A DNA stretch of 64,000 nucleotides from Ministeria vibrans ATCC 50519 (GCA_943704425.1 CALSCP010000491.1:72849-136848), one strand, 5' to 3'. Shown: positions 28,640 to 40,559, counted from the first letter of the stretch. Program-made: numbers and translations. Notes: a model not told the origin generated them from the letters alone.

Positions 28640-31600
28640 TGGATATGGTACTTTGTTGGTGTATAGTACAAAGGTAGGCTTTTCGGACCCGACAAATGCG
28701 TGTGTCAAAGGAACAGTGGCTCGGTCCAAGGAACAATACCCTTGGCAAAGGGAAGGTCATCATGCTTCAACGTTCAAGTAGATTCGGTGTTGATGTAAAG
28801 TTTAACTGACAACATAAGAGCGTCAACAGCAACACTGCTGCTCAGAAACACCGCTGACTGAGACGACCCATGGCACTTTAATTAAACTTTCAGGTGACTT
28901 TCATACGACCCAAGGCACTCTGATATCACTCTCACCCTCTATCTTCTCCGTAGGAGTCAGTGAGAGATCTACAAGACTGTGCACGCCTCGGGTGCTTTTT
29001 CTCTCTCTACAAACTTTCTCTCTCACTCTTTGGACACACTCCTCCCCATGTGGAACCCAGATGCCCCGCGAAGGAGCGCCAGGATATGCCGTGACGCGTA
29101 GTAGTATTGATTGCTCCTTTTTATATAGTAGCTTTCAAGTAACCTTTCATTGATACAAGCCAACATAATGTTCTGTCACTGTCATCTTTAGAGGGTGACG
29201 TAGTCGCGCTCTTTTATCGCATCTGCTCCTCTTTTGCATCTGTTCGCTTCCGTGATCCGTTCACCGCATGTCGTCTCTCCGACTTGGTGCTACTCGTTTG
29301 CGTCCAAGCCTTTTATTTCTTCTCAATTATCTTCTTCTTTTCCTATGAGCGTTCACCAAGGCCTTTCGTTTCCTTCTGTGCGCGCAGCGCAGCCTTTCGC
29401 TGCCCGCTGTCTTTTTGTTTTTTTTTGAAGTTCTAGCTAGCTAGGTGTAAATTTTGTGTTCCCGTGCCCCATCAACTCGCTGTGGTCCTCGTCTGTTATT
29501 ACGCGCTGGCGACCAAGCTATGCGTGCAAGTGCTCCTGCGAGGGTGCTTGGATGGATGGATAACTTCCAAAAAAATATTTACGAAGAACTTTGTCCTTGT
29601 CACTCCTCGTGGATATTTCTGTCCCATCTTTTTGTATCATCTCTCATCTCCACCACTATCACTAGCAGCATTGCTGACTGAGAAGCTGTAAAGGGAGGTC
29701 GAGACGTCATACCCTCAACGCATTAAATTAAGCCGTATATATAAATTTGAATTAACCCGTGAAATGAGATTTAATGTATTGTATTTCGCCTGATGTGATA
29801 TTTTTAAACAACTTATTTACTCAAAAATAATATTCTGCGAAAACCATTATATTTTGCTTTAGCCGGGATAAATGATATAACCCGAATTATAACTTCATTT
29901 TGATTATCAATGGAATTAGGGTGGGCAAGATCAAGCTGAAAGCGATCGGCAGTAATGAAAGTCACTTGAAAGTTTGGTTGAAAAAAGGTACGAAGAGGTC
30001 GAGGGGTGAAGGTATCACCGACTCTTTTCTTTCGAGAAGAAAAACGACGTCGTCTTAAGCGTGCCGCGGGTTGGCAAGTCTTTGCCTTTGTTTTTTTAAA
30101 AGCCCTTCTGCCAAAATGACCACATCTCGTCGTTGGACGGAGTGCGATGATGCGAGGATAGGGGTCGCGACGTTTGTGGTGTTTGGAGAAACCCTAAGAA
30201 AAAATTGAGGTGGTTTCACACGAAGGAAACCGTGATGAGGATGACGAGAGTGTCGCCGATGGCAGGTTGTTTTTTTGGAAGTTTCCTTAGGGCAAAAGCT
30301 TCATTATACAAGACAATCTAACCAAAGCGACTGTTTCACACCCACATGAGCCGAAGCGAACAGTCCGAGAGACTTGCGCTCAAGCAAGTGAAGATGGAAG
30401 GTGATGGAGAATTTTGGGGCTCTGATTTGGTCGCCAGCAAGCGAAGTGAGGCAGCGCCAAATTCAGGGATGGTTAGACAATGAAACTTTTACCCTAGCTA
30501 GGCTAAAGTCGAGGCTAAAGTAGGAATTCCAAAATAAAGAAACCATATTATCCCAGGAGCCCGTTGACAGGCATGCATGATTCATACATGGACGCGCAAC
30601 AAGGAAGTACTCCGATATGATGAGGCAGAGGAACATGAAAGACAGCGGGCAGTGAAAGGCCGTGCGCGCTGAAGGCGACGTAGGTAATGTGGTCCTTTCC
30701 TTGGCCGGGCGGAAGCCTGGCGCGGGAAGCTGTATCTAAATTATCAACTTTCCCTCAAGACCTCAACTTTTCCCAACTTCTTCCCAACCTCCCATGGATG
30801 AGAATGTTTAAAATTGTGGTACGCGGTCGTCGTGTACACACATTCTCTACCCTCTAACCTCTTCCTCTCTCTCTCTCTCTCTCGAGGCACGCGTAAACTT
30901 CTGTACACGACAGTCTCCAGCCGGGAGTGGACCATATATTACGAATATATTACGGCTGCTTTCGATCAAGCTAAATGCCGCCGCGAAAGGGAGCGGAATC
31001 GAATAGCTTGGTCAACTCGGTTGGCAAACATGCAAGTTGGCTTGCCTGCGTGCGCATCTGCCAACCTAGTTCTCAATTAAGTCGCCGAGACACGAAGTAC
31101 TCTCGAAGTACACTCAGTACTGTCTCATAATTTCGCCCTCTCTCCCACCTCTTTTTAAAATTAACGACAAACATCACATACTGGCACACACACACACACA
31201 CACGCGCACACACACGCACACAGATAAAGCATTCACCATCATGCCGCAGCGTTTGTTCACTAGACCGGTCAGAAACCGGTCATTCAACATTTTTTGCGCT
31301 ATCCACCTGAGTGCTCATTTTCCAACGGTGGGACTCGGCCGTTGCCACCGTGTTGATGTATAACATAGCTATTTGCTTAATTCACCGCGGCCGGCAGGCT
31401 GTTTTTGCACCACAAACATAAACGAACAAAAAACGAACAAAAAACGAACAAAAAACGAACAAAAAACGAACAAAAAACGAACAAAAAACGAACAAAAAAC
31501 GAACAGAAAACGAACAAAAAACGAACCGAATACGTCACAACAAATTGCGTCACCCAAGGATACATACATGCGAGTACTTGTAACTGCATATGAAGTCACA

Positions 31601-32000
31601 TGGCTTGCTTTTAACTACGACCAATGGCCTTCCCTCACCTTTCACGCATTGTTAGCAATGTAACTTGCATTTTCCTCCGTGAATATAATAGTACTCAAAC
31701 CTATTTGGTTCCTACTTGGATCATTATTTTTTCCTCTCTTCTTAAAAGTAACTTTCTCGAACAATAAGCACCACGCACTGACACACACACATAATCCAAA
31801 CACTCACCAACACGCCGCAACGTCTCCTNNNNNNNNNNNNNNNNCGCAAGGATATATACGTGTGAGTACTTGTAACCATATACGCAAGCCTACGACTTGC
31901 TTTTCACCACGACATCTACTCACCGACACGCACTGCAACGAAAGCGTTTTTGGGAAGAAGAAATAATAAAATTAATAATCCATTATTTCTCCAGCCAGGG
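28640..32000. other. ~3.3-kb gene-free, repeat-rich interval, much longer than other intergenic spacers in the window
   Basis: No convincing ORF or exon chain; contains CTAG-array motifs, an 11-bp tandem array, a direct repeat and an assembly gap. Confidence 0.6.
31419..31526. repeat. 11-bp tandem array (AAAAAACGAAC) x ~9-10
   Basis: Directly visible; one variant unit. Confidence 0.95.
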
Positions 32001-32010
32001 GTAGAACAAA

Positions 32011-34077
32011 ATGCGCTCAGTTCTCATTCACGTGCTCGCTGTGCTGCTTGTCAGCTCTACTGCATACGCTGTGTGCAACCCAACTTGCGCCAACGGCGGT
32101 ACTTGCGACTCGTCCTTGTGCGTTTGCTCGTCTGGTAAGATACCCGTAACATAATAATAGTAATAATAATAATAATATAATAATGGCGTACCATTGCGAT
32201 TACCTCACTGGATAGCGATTGCACTTGTGCTTTTGTTGTAGATCTGGTGACTGTATCATGAATAAATGGGTTGTATTCTTCTTCTTCTAATTATTATTAT
32301 TATTTTTTATTCTTTTGTTAAATTGATAGCCTTCACCGGTCCATCTTGTGCGACGATTGTGGATCTGTGCGAGTCGAGCCCATGCAGCAACGGCGGGTCA
32401 TGTGTTCAGAATGGCACTGAAGCAAGCTGCGACTGTGTCGGGCATTACACGGGCGACGCATGCGAGAACGATCCGTGCACATCCAGTCCTTGTTTGTATG
32501 GTGGCAACTGCACCATCGCCGTGTTCGAAGAGCTGCTGGCCTCGGCTGCGACATTTGCCGTGTTCGGAGGTACTGCGGGCGTGACCAGCTCCGGCGTCAG
32601 CACAGTGATCACAGGCAACTTGGGCTCCACCGGTGCTTCCACCCTTGTCACCGGGTTCCATGACACAAACACGGACTGCACCTACACGGAGACGACTCTA
32701 AATAAGGGTTTTGTTGACGGTCTTATCTATACTGCTGCACCGCCCCCAACGGCTGGCTGTCAGATCGAGGGCACTACGCAAACACATGCCATTGCAACGG
32801 CAGCACGCGGCGATATCCAGACCGCCTTCACCACTCTGGCTGGCCTGCCCTTTGACGTGTCGCAAGCCCAAAACTTGGGTGGCCTGACGTTGACACCCAA
32901 CACCTACTCGGCTGCTGCTTCGTCCTTCATCATCGAAGGAGGAGATCTTACGCTTGACGCTCTGGGTGACAGCGCTGCAATCTTTGTTTTTCAAATGGCT
33001 TCAACGTTGCGCATCGGAGGTCCAGGCGCGGCTGCTCCCCAAAACATCATCTTGGCTGGCGGCGCACAGGCAAAGAATATCTTTTGGCAGATTGGTAGCT
33101 CTGGTATTATTAACGCAGGCGGTGGTGGCACTGTGTACGGCACGTTCATTGCCGCGGCTGGAGTAGCAATATCAACCGCTGGTAATGTTGCCTTGGTCAC
33201 TATCAACGGCCGTGTGCTGTCCACGGATGCATCTGTGACCATGGTGAACACCGTTATCAATGCCCCATCTGCAACACCTGACACCTTTGAGTGCTCGTGT
33301 GCCAGCCCTTTCTATGGCGACCAGTGTGAACTCATTCCCGAGCCAGCGGTTAATTCGACAAGTTTCACTCGTTGTGTGTAAGCACCCTTAGCAGAACCCA
33401 TACTACTTTTTATACTGTTATTAATCATTATTCTGTAGGGTGCATCTTTACTGCACAGGCGATGTTTCTGCCAAATCTAACAATAATCTGCAGGCGACAA
33501 CAGGCAGCGATTACGTTCGTACCTCCTGCAAATTGGTACGCGGCGAGAGATTCTCTTTTTCATTTTTGGATTAGAATTCAATATAATAATAACATCAAAA
33601 ACAACAACAACAACGACAACAACAACAATAATAATAAGAATAAGAATAATAAGAATAATAAGAATAATAAGAATAATAAGAATAATAAATTATTCTTATT
33701 ATTATTCTCATTATTATTATTGTCTTTATTATTATTATTATTGTCTTCATTATTATTATTTTGTTATTGTTTATTGTCGCTTCTCGTTTATTGCTATTAT
33801 TCATTAATGATTGATTTCTCTTCGTTTGAATATGTAGCAGAGCTCCGGGAACACATTTTGCTCGGTGGATCTGCTTGCGCGAGGATCCAACGCAACGGCA
33901 CCAACTGAAATCATTACTGCCAGTTTTTTCCCGCTCGTACATATCGGCGTAGATGAAACGGACGCTTGCACACTTGGCTCCGTGGCTGGTGGGAACAACC
34001 TTGTCACAGGCAGTGTTGTCGAGCAGAATTCAGCGTCATGCACTGTCGTCACAAGCCGCTTTTACCGGGCGGTGTAG
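32011..34077 (+). CDS. Secreted EGF-repeat protein containing a DUF3494 ice-binding-like beta-solenoid domain; 4 exons
   Basis: Signal peptide MRSVLIHVLAVLLVSSTAYA; EGF modules; DUF3494 hallmarks FAVFGG, ITGNLG, LGGLTLTPNTY, LTLDALGD, IFVFQM, GGAQAKNIFWQIGSS, GRVLS. Introns 32135-32329, 33378-33438 and ~33536-33840 keep frame to the stop at 34077. Confidence 0.88.
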
Positions 34078-34837
34078 GAGCGAAACAAAAAAATCGAAAG
34101 GATAATAATTATTCATGACAAAAAAACACCAAAAAAAAACAAAAACACCAAAAAAAATAATAATAGAAGAATATTAATAAAAATAATATAAACGTTATTA
34201 TTATTATTTTTTGGAGGGCGAGTACTTTTTAGCCTTCAGAAGGTTAGACGAGAGTGAGAAGAAAAAACAAGAAAAACTGAAACAAATTAACCCAGAAAAC
34301 TATTTTTAAGCCCTCACTGGGGGTATGGCGTACCAATGCGATTGCCTCACCTGGATAGCGACGACACAACACCCTGACCTGCCACTTTTTTATGTTACCC
34401 CTAGCTAGCTAGAGTGAGTTTCGGTTGAGTTTTTGCAAGGATTATAAAGGGCCGCAAGGTGTGACTTCGCATGGTGAATGTATCATTTCTAAATTGGTTG
34501 GTTGGTTCTTCTTCTTATTACTATTATTATCTCAAGGACGGCAAGCTGGTCAAAGGCAGTGGGAAAGCGGTTTACAAATAAGTGGTAGGCTCGCCTTTAT
34601 CTTTCAGAGCCCACAAGTGCCTCCCAAGTGCCTCCCACAAGAGACTCCCAACTGCCCACTTTTCTTCATCTTCATTCAGTCGCGACAATGCGTGAGCGCT
34701 CCAACCGTCTTGCAGCCGACCAGCCCCCTGCGCATTACAGCCGAGTACACTACAGCCACCGAGACCTGTCACCGCCGACCACCAGCCCGATTGCTACAAC
34801 AACGACTTTGACTTGACTCTCTCTGCTGATAGAGACA

Positions 34838-34862
34838 CCCCCCCCCCCCCCCCCCCCCCCCC
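34838..34862. repeat. Poly-C run (~25 nt)
   Basis: Directly visible. Confidence 0.9.
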
Positions 34863-35107
34863 ATGGTGTCAAAGCCCGAAGCTCCCTCTGAGGGTATGGC
34901 GTATTATTGCGATCGTCTCATTAGATTGCAACGACGCCTCCTGCAGAGCACATGCAGCTCTGGTCTACCACTGCTCTCCCATTACCATATAATTCAGTGA
35001 TATAAAGTGACTGCAGCCCAGCCAGCCACCGCGCAAACAAAGCCAATAATACGAGAAAACAAAACGAAGCCTTCGAATTTTTGACGGATGAGCCGGTGAC
35101 CGATCTT

Positions 35108-36214
35108 TTATTCAAATGTATTGTTCAGATCATGGGCCACAACAGTCGTATTCTTGCAGTCCTGCCATGCCTGCATTCCCGTGTACTTGAGGAAGTTGCA
35201 GTACCACTGCATGCCATTCTGCGATGCCTTGTGGATTGTGCGCGTCTCCACCGAATTGTCAATCGCGAGTGCCTAACAACATCGTACTCAGCAAAATCAC
35301 AACAGACTATGCGTTGTCATACCTTCTCAAAGGTCATGTTCAAGAAGCGCATGTAGTACGAGCCAGACATTTCACCTGTGCGTGTGTGTAACACAGTTGA
35401 GACAACCAATGAACGCCAAGCGAAACACACAAAGACTCACCGGTGCGATCCATGCCTGCCTCACAGTGAATGTACACCAAACGGCTCTGGTTGCCCGTCG
35501 TCTCCAGCAGACCCCGCAGCGAGTCCATCTTCTTCGGCACCTTGTCAATCTGCCAAGAGTCCAGCTTCTTGGCCATCTCTACGACAGAGGTCGGGGCGAG
35601 TGAGAGCCGCGAGCAAGGCACGTTGTTGCTTCGGTACCTTTACGAATGGACTCTGCATACGACTCGGGGTTGGTCAGGTCCCCGACAATGGGCCAGTCGT
35701 GGTATTCGGCGAGGCTCGGGTGCTCCTCAATCCACTTTTTCTACACCACAGACGGCGGTGAGCACGCAAGCTCTCTTGCCCCCGCAGCGCCTTACCTCGA
35801 CCTTCTCGTCTTTCAACTCCAGCGGGTTCAAGAAGCTGACGACGACAAGAAACATTCTACGGAGGAGAACACGTCAGGCCAAAACACCGGACACTTTGCC
35901 AGTCTCGTACGACGCAGGCAGCGCAATGCCAGCCTCCTTCATCGCAACACTGCGCGCAGAGGACAACAGCTCGCTGTAGGCGAACGTGTGGTTCGACAGA
36001 ACGGGAAGGTCTCCGCTGCGCAGCAAAAAATAAACGAATGTCAATGTTTTGCTTTCACCACAAAAAAGGACACAGAGGACACAGACCGAAATAGATAGTT
36101 GGTCATGCCGGTGGAAACGGTGGCATTGTCAATGTAGTGCATCCGGTCCGGGCTAAACGAGGAGGCGCGCGCCCCAATCGCCAAAACGCAAACAAACGCA
36201 ACGACTCTCAACAT
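35108..36214 (-). CDS. Signal-peptide-bearing PTP/DSP-superfamily (CX5R) phosphatase; multi-exon
   Basis: MLRVVAFVCVLAIGARA signal; NYLFR; P-loop VYIHCEAGMDRTG|EMSGSYYM; ends ...NNTFE*. Confidence 0.82.
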
Positions 36215-36459
36215 GAATAAAACTGACAATTTTAACAAACCGAAGTTACCTTATGATCTTCTCAGCAAACTCCCCACAGCAGAGTAAACAAAACGGAAAC
36301 CACTTTACAGTTTACACCAGGCACCAGCGAGCGAGTAGACCACAATCGGCAATCCTGATACATTGTCATAATACGGAGACGATGTGGAGACGATGCGTAA
36401 CTTGACGAACTTCTTTATTTTTATTATTTTACTTAAAATTCACTCACTTGATTATACAC

Positions 36460-39400
36460 ATGAACGAAGGGAGCACGCAGAGTCTTGTCGACGTGCTCGT
36501 GGCTAAGTCGCTTGTGCTGACGGAGACGTGCGGCTCCGCGCTGCTCAATCGAAGTCGGTGTTCGACTTTTGCCTCTCTTGTCTCCAACAGCGTCACAGCC
36601 CTCCGCGCATGCGACCCAGCAACCCTTGACAACGTATCGGCACGAAGGGTGATCGCAACACTTCTGGAAATTACTGCCTGTGCCGTATTCTATGTGAAAA
36701 CGGTACTTTGCTTCTCTCTCTCTCTCTGTTGACCTTTTCTTAACACACTCTCAAAGCACTACCACACGACGAGATTACCGGGCGCGGCCATGCTGGACGA
36801 GGCCGTGTCGCGTCCCGGCACTGAGTACCTCACGAAAGTGTGGCAGCGCGTGACAGGGCGTCTGCGCCTCGCCGTCCCCGTCGACCCCGTCCGCTCGGCC
36901 GAAGACAAGCTCGCCGACCTCCAGTCCATCCACGAAGCGGTCATGCGCGAGATCCACACGCGTGTCTCCGAGATGGGGCACAACAAGGCCGATGTGGCTG
37001 CACTTCGGAGGCTCACCAAGGTGGCCGAGGAACAACACACAACAGTCGTCTTGTCTTACTCCTTGCTTGTGTAGGCCATTGCAAAAGACATCGAAATGTG
37101 CCACCAAACCATGAGCGGTGGTGTAGAAGGGACCGAGAAAGGTGACGATGAAGAAGAGGAGTACGGGTCGTACGGAGCGGCATTTGTGCTGGACCGCAGT
37201 GAGATGGTGGGGCATGGGGCGGAGGCGGCGTTCGCGCCAGAGTCGTCGTCGCCAGCCGTGCACCGTGCTGTGTACCGTGACATGCACGTTGGCCTGACGC
37301 GCGTGCCCACTAAGGGCCGACGAGGCCATCTTTTGTTGGAGTTGGTCCAATTGTGTCCACTGCGCCACACCAATTTAGTGCCACTGCTGGGCTACGTGAG
37401 CAGCCCCGCGGCAGAGTCGGCCTGTGTCGTGAGTGAGTGGGTTCATGGCGAACCACTGCGCAACTATTTGCGTTTGCTCACCAATCCACTGCGCTGGCAC
37501 ATTGCGCAGCGCATTGTTTCTGTCATGGTTTATCTACACGCTGCCTCGCCCGTTCCCATCATCCTGCATAACCTCCACCCGCACAACATTGTGCTGCGTC
37601 CATCGTCGTCGTCGTCGTCGGACGACGACTACGAGTTTGATAGCGACAACGAAGACGCAGCGGGGCAGGGTACGTATAATCGGCTCCCGGGAACTACTGC
37701 CCAGACTGCGTCCACTGTCATGGATGTGTTTCTTGCCGTCAACGTGAATCGTCGCCATATTGGCACGACGCCACTTTACTCTGCGCCCGAGCTGCAGAGC
37801 AGCAGTGATCACAGCGGCTCGGCAGCACTGAGCTATGTGACGCCCGCCGTGGATGTGTTTGCCTTTGGTGCGCTTCTGTGCGAGCTCTATGTGGATCCGA
37901 GTCAGGCAGACATGTGGGAGATTGTGCAAGGGCGCAACTTTGCAATTGTGCCCGTGGCACTACGCGACGTTGTGAAGCGCTGTCTGGACCCAGACCCGCG
38001 CCAACGCCCGACCTTTGCCGATCTGGTGCCCTTCTTTTTGTTCTCGCACGACCGTCCACTGCCCAAGTCGGTCAGCTATAAGAAGGTGCAGTGGCGCCGC
38101 AGCACAAGCAACACCAACTACGACCCGCCTCTGCCGCCCGATCCACAGTACTGCGACGTGGACGACGAGCGCAAAAAGGACGCTGGCGGAACCGACGAGG
38201 AGCACGAGTACGACACGACCCAGCACCCTTTGCCTCGCCAGTCGTTTGACAGCACATACAGCGGTAGTGGCGGTGGCGGTGGGGCGGCCAGTGACTCGGG
38301 GTCTCTCTTTTACGACCGCCTTGGGAATTATCTGGAGGGCAGTCGCTCGCAAGCTTTGTTCAGCAGCGACCCAGACCTCTTCATTTCCAGCAAGGATGAC
38401 CATCACGACAGTTCTGACTCTGTGTCGTTGCCCGTGCGTACCAAACTAAAGCCGCCTATGCGACCCGACCACTACAAGGCGTCCAAGTCCAGTAAAAAGC
38501 TTGGACGGGGACCGGGCGGACGCCACAGCGTCATCTACGAGAGCATCAGCGGCCGTGCACTTGCCTATGCCAGTCCGGATGGACTTTACTACGACAGCCC
38601 ACCACCGCGCAAACAAGTGTCGTTTGGTACAAGAACACAAAGACAAGACGTCATGTTTGTGATGGTGGGGGTTTCTTTTTTTTCTCTCTTCTTTTTCATT
38701 TGCACAATTAGGAGACGATGTGATTGTGTCGAAAAGCGAGACGGTGATGAACACCATGCTGTTTGGTTACGAGAGCGTGGATGTGGACGAGGATGCGTCG
38801 TTGACATACGACGTGCCGCAGTATCCGGGCGGGCGCAAGGCGGCGCGTCGTGCAATGCGCGAGACGTTGCAAACAGTGGCGGACAAGCCGGTGCGCGTCT
38901 ATGATGTGGGGTTGGGCGTGGATGCACCGCCGAATGCCTATGCGTATGTTGCACCGGCCAATGATCAGCTGCCGCCACCGCCACTTCCAGCAGATTTTGG
39001 CGACGATGCCACCCCTCCTCCGCCTGCCAAGCCTGCGCTGCCGCCACCATTGAAGCCGGCCAAGCCGCCAGGGAGTGTGATGGAGCGCGATTCAATTGTG
39101 ATGGCTCTGGGCAAGGAACAACCTGCAGAGCTATCCGCGTTGTTTGGGGGTGCGATGTTGCGGGAAAACGACGACGAGACGGAAGAAGTGCTGGCACAGC
39201 AGCTGGCGGCAGGTGCAGGCGTGCCCGGAAGCACCAAGGACAAGGCGATCCTGAAAATGATGCCTGAGTTGAGGAAAGGCGGTGCGACGAGCGGAAGCGG
39301 GGTGATCCGACAGGAGTCGCTGGCCAAGTACCGGCCAGTGTTGCCCTATGTCGTGCGCAACGACGACCTCAGTGGCTACCGCTGGTTCCACGGCAAGCTC

Positions 39401-39504
39401 TCACGCGAGCAGTCCCGCCATTTGCTGCGCTTCAGCGAGCCTGGCGCCTTTCTTGTGCGTGTAGGTCGCGGTGATGAGCCCGTTCTCTCCTTAATGATGT
39501 AAGA

Positions 39505-39535
<31 letters not shown>

Positions 39536-39835
39536 TAATTAATTTGTAATTTTTTTTTTGCAGTGACGAAAGTGAGTTGACGCATATGAAGATTGAAGAC
39601 GGGCCCAAGGGTCTGCACGTGGGACAGAGTACGCGGGTGTTCCATTCGGTTCCCGCAATGATTGACGTAAAAGAATAGCGCTCAACAATTGGAATTTGAG
39701 TGTGTGATTGATTGATTGATTAATTGTGTTTTTGTGTAGTACTACTCGACACATTCGATCTATTCAAATCGCACAACTCATGTGAAGCTTGAGACGCCCG
39801 TTGCGCGATCCTTTGGGGGGCGGTTCTTGGTATAA
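36460..39835 (+). CDS. TKL-like pseudokinase + Tyr/Pro-rich linker + C-terminal SH2 domain; multi-exon
   Basis: Kinase fold LRHTNLVPLLGY, VVSEWVHG, MVYLH, GTTPLYSAPE, DVFAFG, CLDPDPRQRPTF; SH2 YRWFHGKLSREQS..GAFLVR..FHSVPAMID|YY. Start approximate. Confidence 0.85.
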
Positions 39836-40559
39836 TGAAGTATCATGATGAATTGTATTATCCTCAGTACTTCACAATCCATTGCAAAGCAAGACGATGC
39901 GCGACTCGTCTCTCGACTTTAGCTCATGACGGGAGAGCACGCGGCCGCACGGGAAATGGTCCGCCCTGGCTTCGCCCGCGAGACAAACACCGCTCTCCGT
40001 GTAATGTGGCTGCTGCCGTCGTTGGGGTCACCCGGGAAAACCCTCTCACCCACACGTGGTTCAGTGACGTAATTCTCTCTCAGGGAGACCCTCAGGAGGC
40101 CGCCCAGGGACCGCCTAAGTCGCTTATCTGTCTCAGCGCCTAGAGGATTGCTCTATTGCTCTCTCGCTACTGCTATCCGCCACTCGCACGTCTGTCGCCG
40201 TCCCGCCGACCCGTCGCGGGCTTCCGGGAGCTCTTTATGATCCATGAGTTCCTCGGTGCACCACTGAGACTGAGCTGAGACCACAAACCTCACAATGACC
40301 CGCGCCACATGCACCGGCGAGGCACCTGTGAGGCACCCGCTGCATCCCTGCCATTCTGCCACCGTGGTGTCCCGATGACCCGATGACCAATCACTATTTA
40401 TTCACTGGCCACCGTCATGCCTGAGGCGCGTCAAGGATTATTATGATGATTATATTATTATCCTTCCTCTTCCTTCTTATTTTGAGTAAACTTTTGTCCT
40501 CGGAACAATGAGAACACAACGAGTTGATATGAATGAAACATTTTTTTTGCAAGTCCAGG

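Noticed and set aside
29700-30480. Possible transposase remnant in the gene-free island
   Set aside because: No ORF of 60 aa or more and no DDE, RT or integrase motif is recognisable.
31419-31526. Regular short repeats suggestive of a CRISPR array or telomere
   Set aside because: There are no spacers, the context is eukaryotic, and this is an internal 11-bp minisatellite without a typical telomeric unit.
34318-34392. tRNA-like start (GGGGGTATGGCGTA) ending in a T-run
   Set aside because: No T-loop GTTCRA and no cloverleaf could be built; kept only as a repeat finding.
34425-34816. Short ORFs downstream of the ice-binding gene
   Set aside because: No motif or consistent splice structure.
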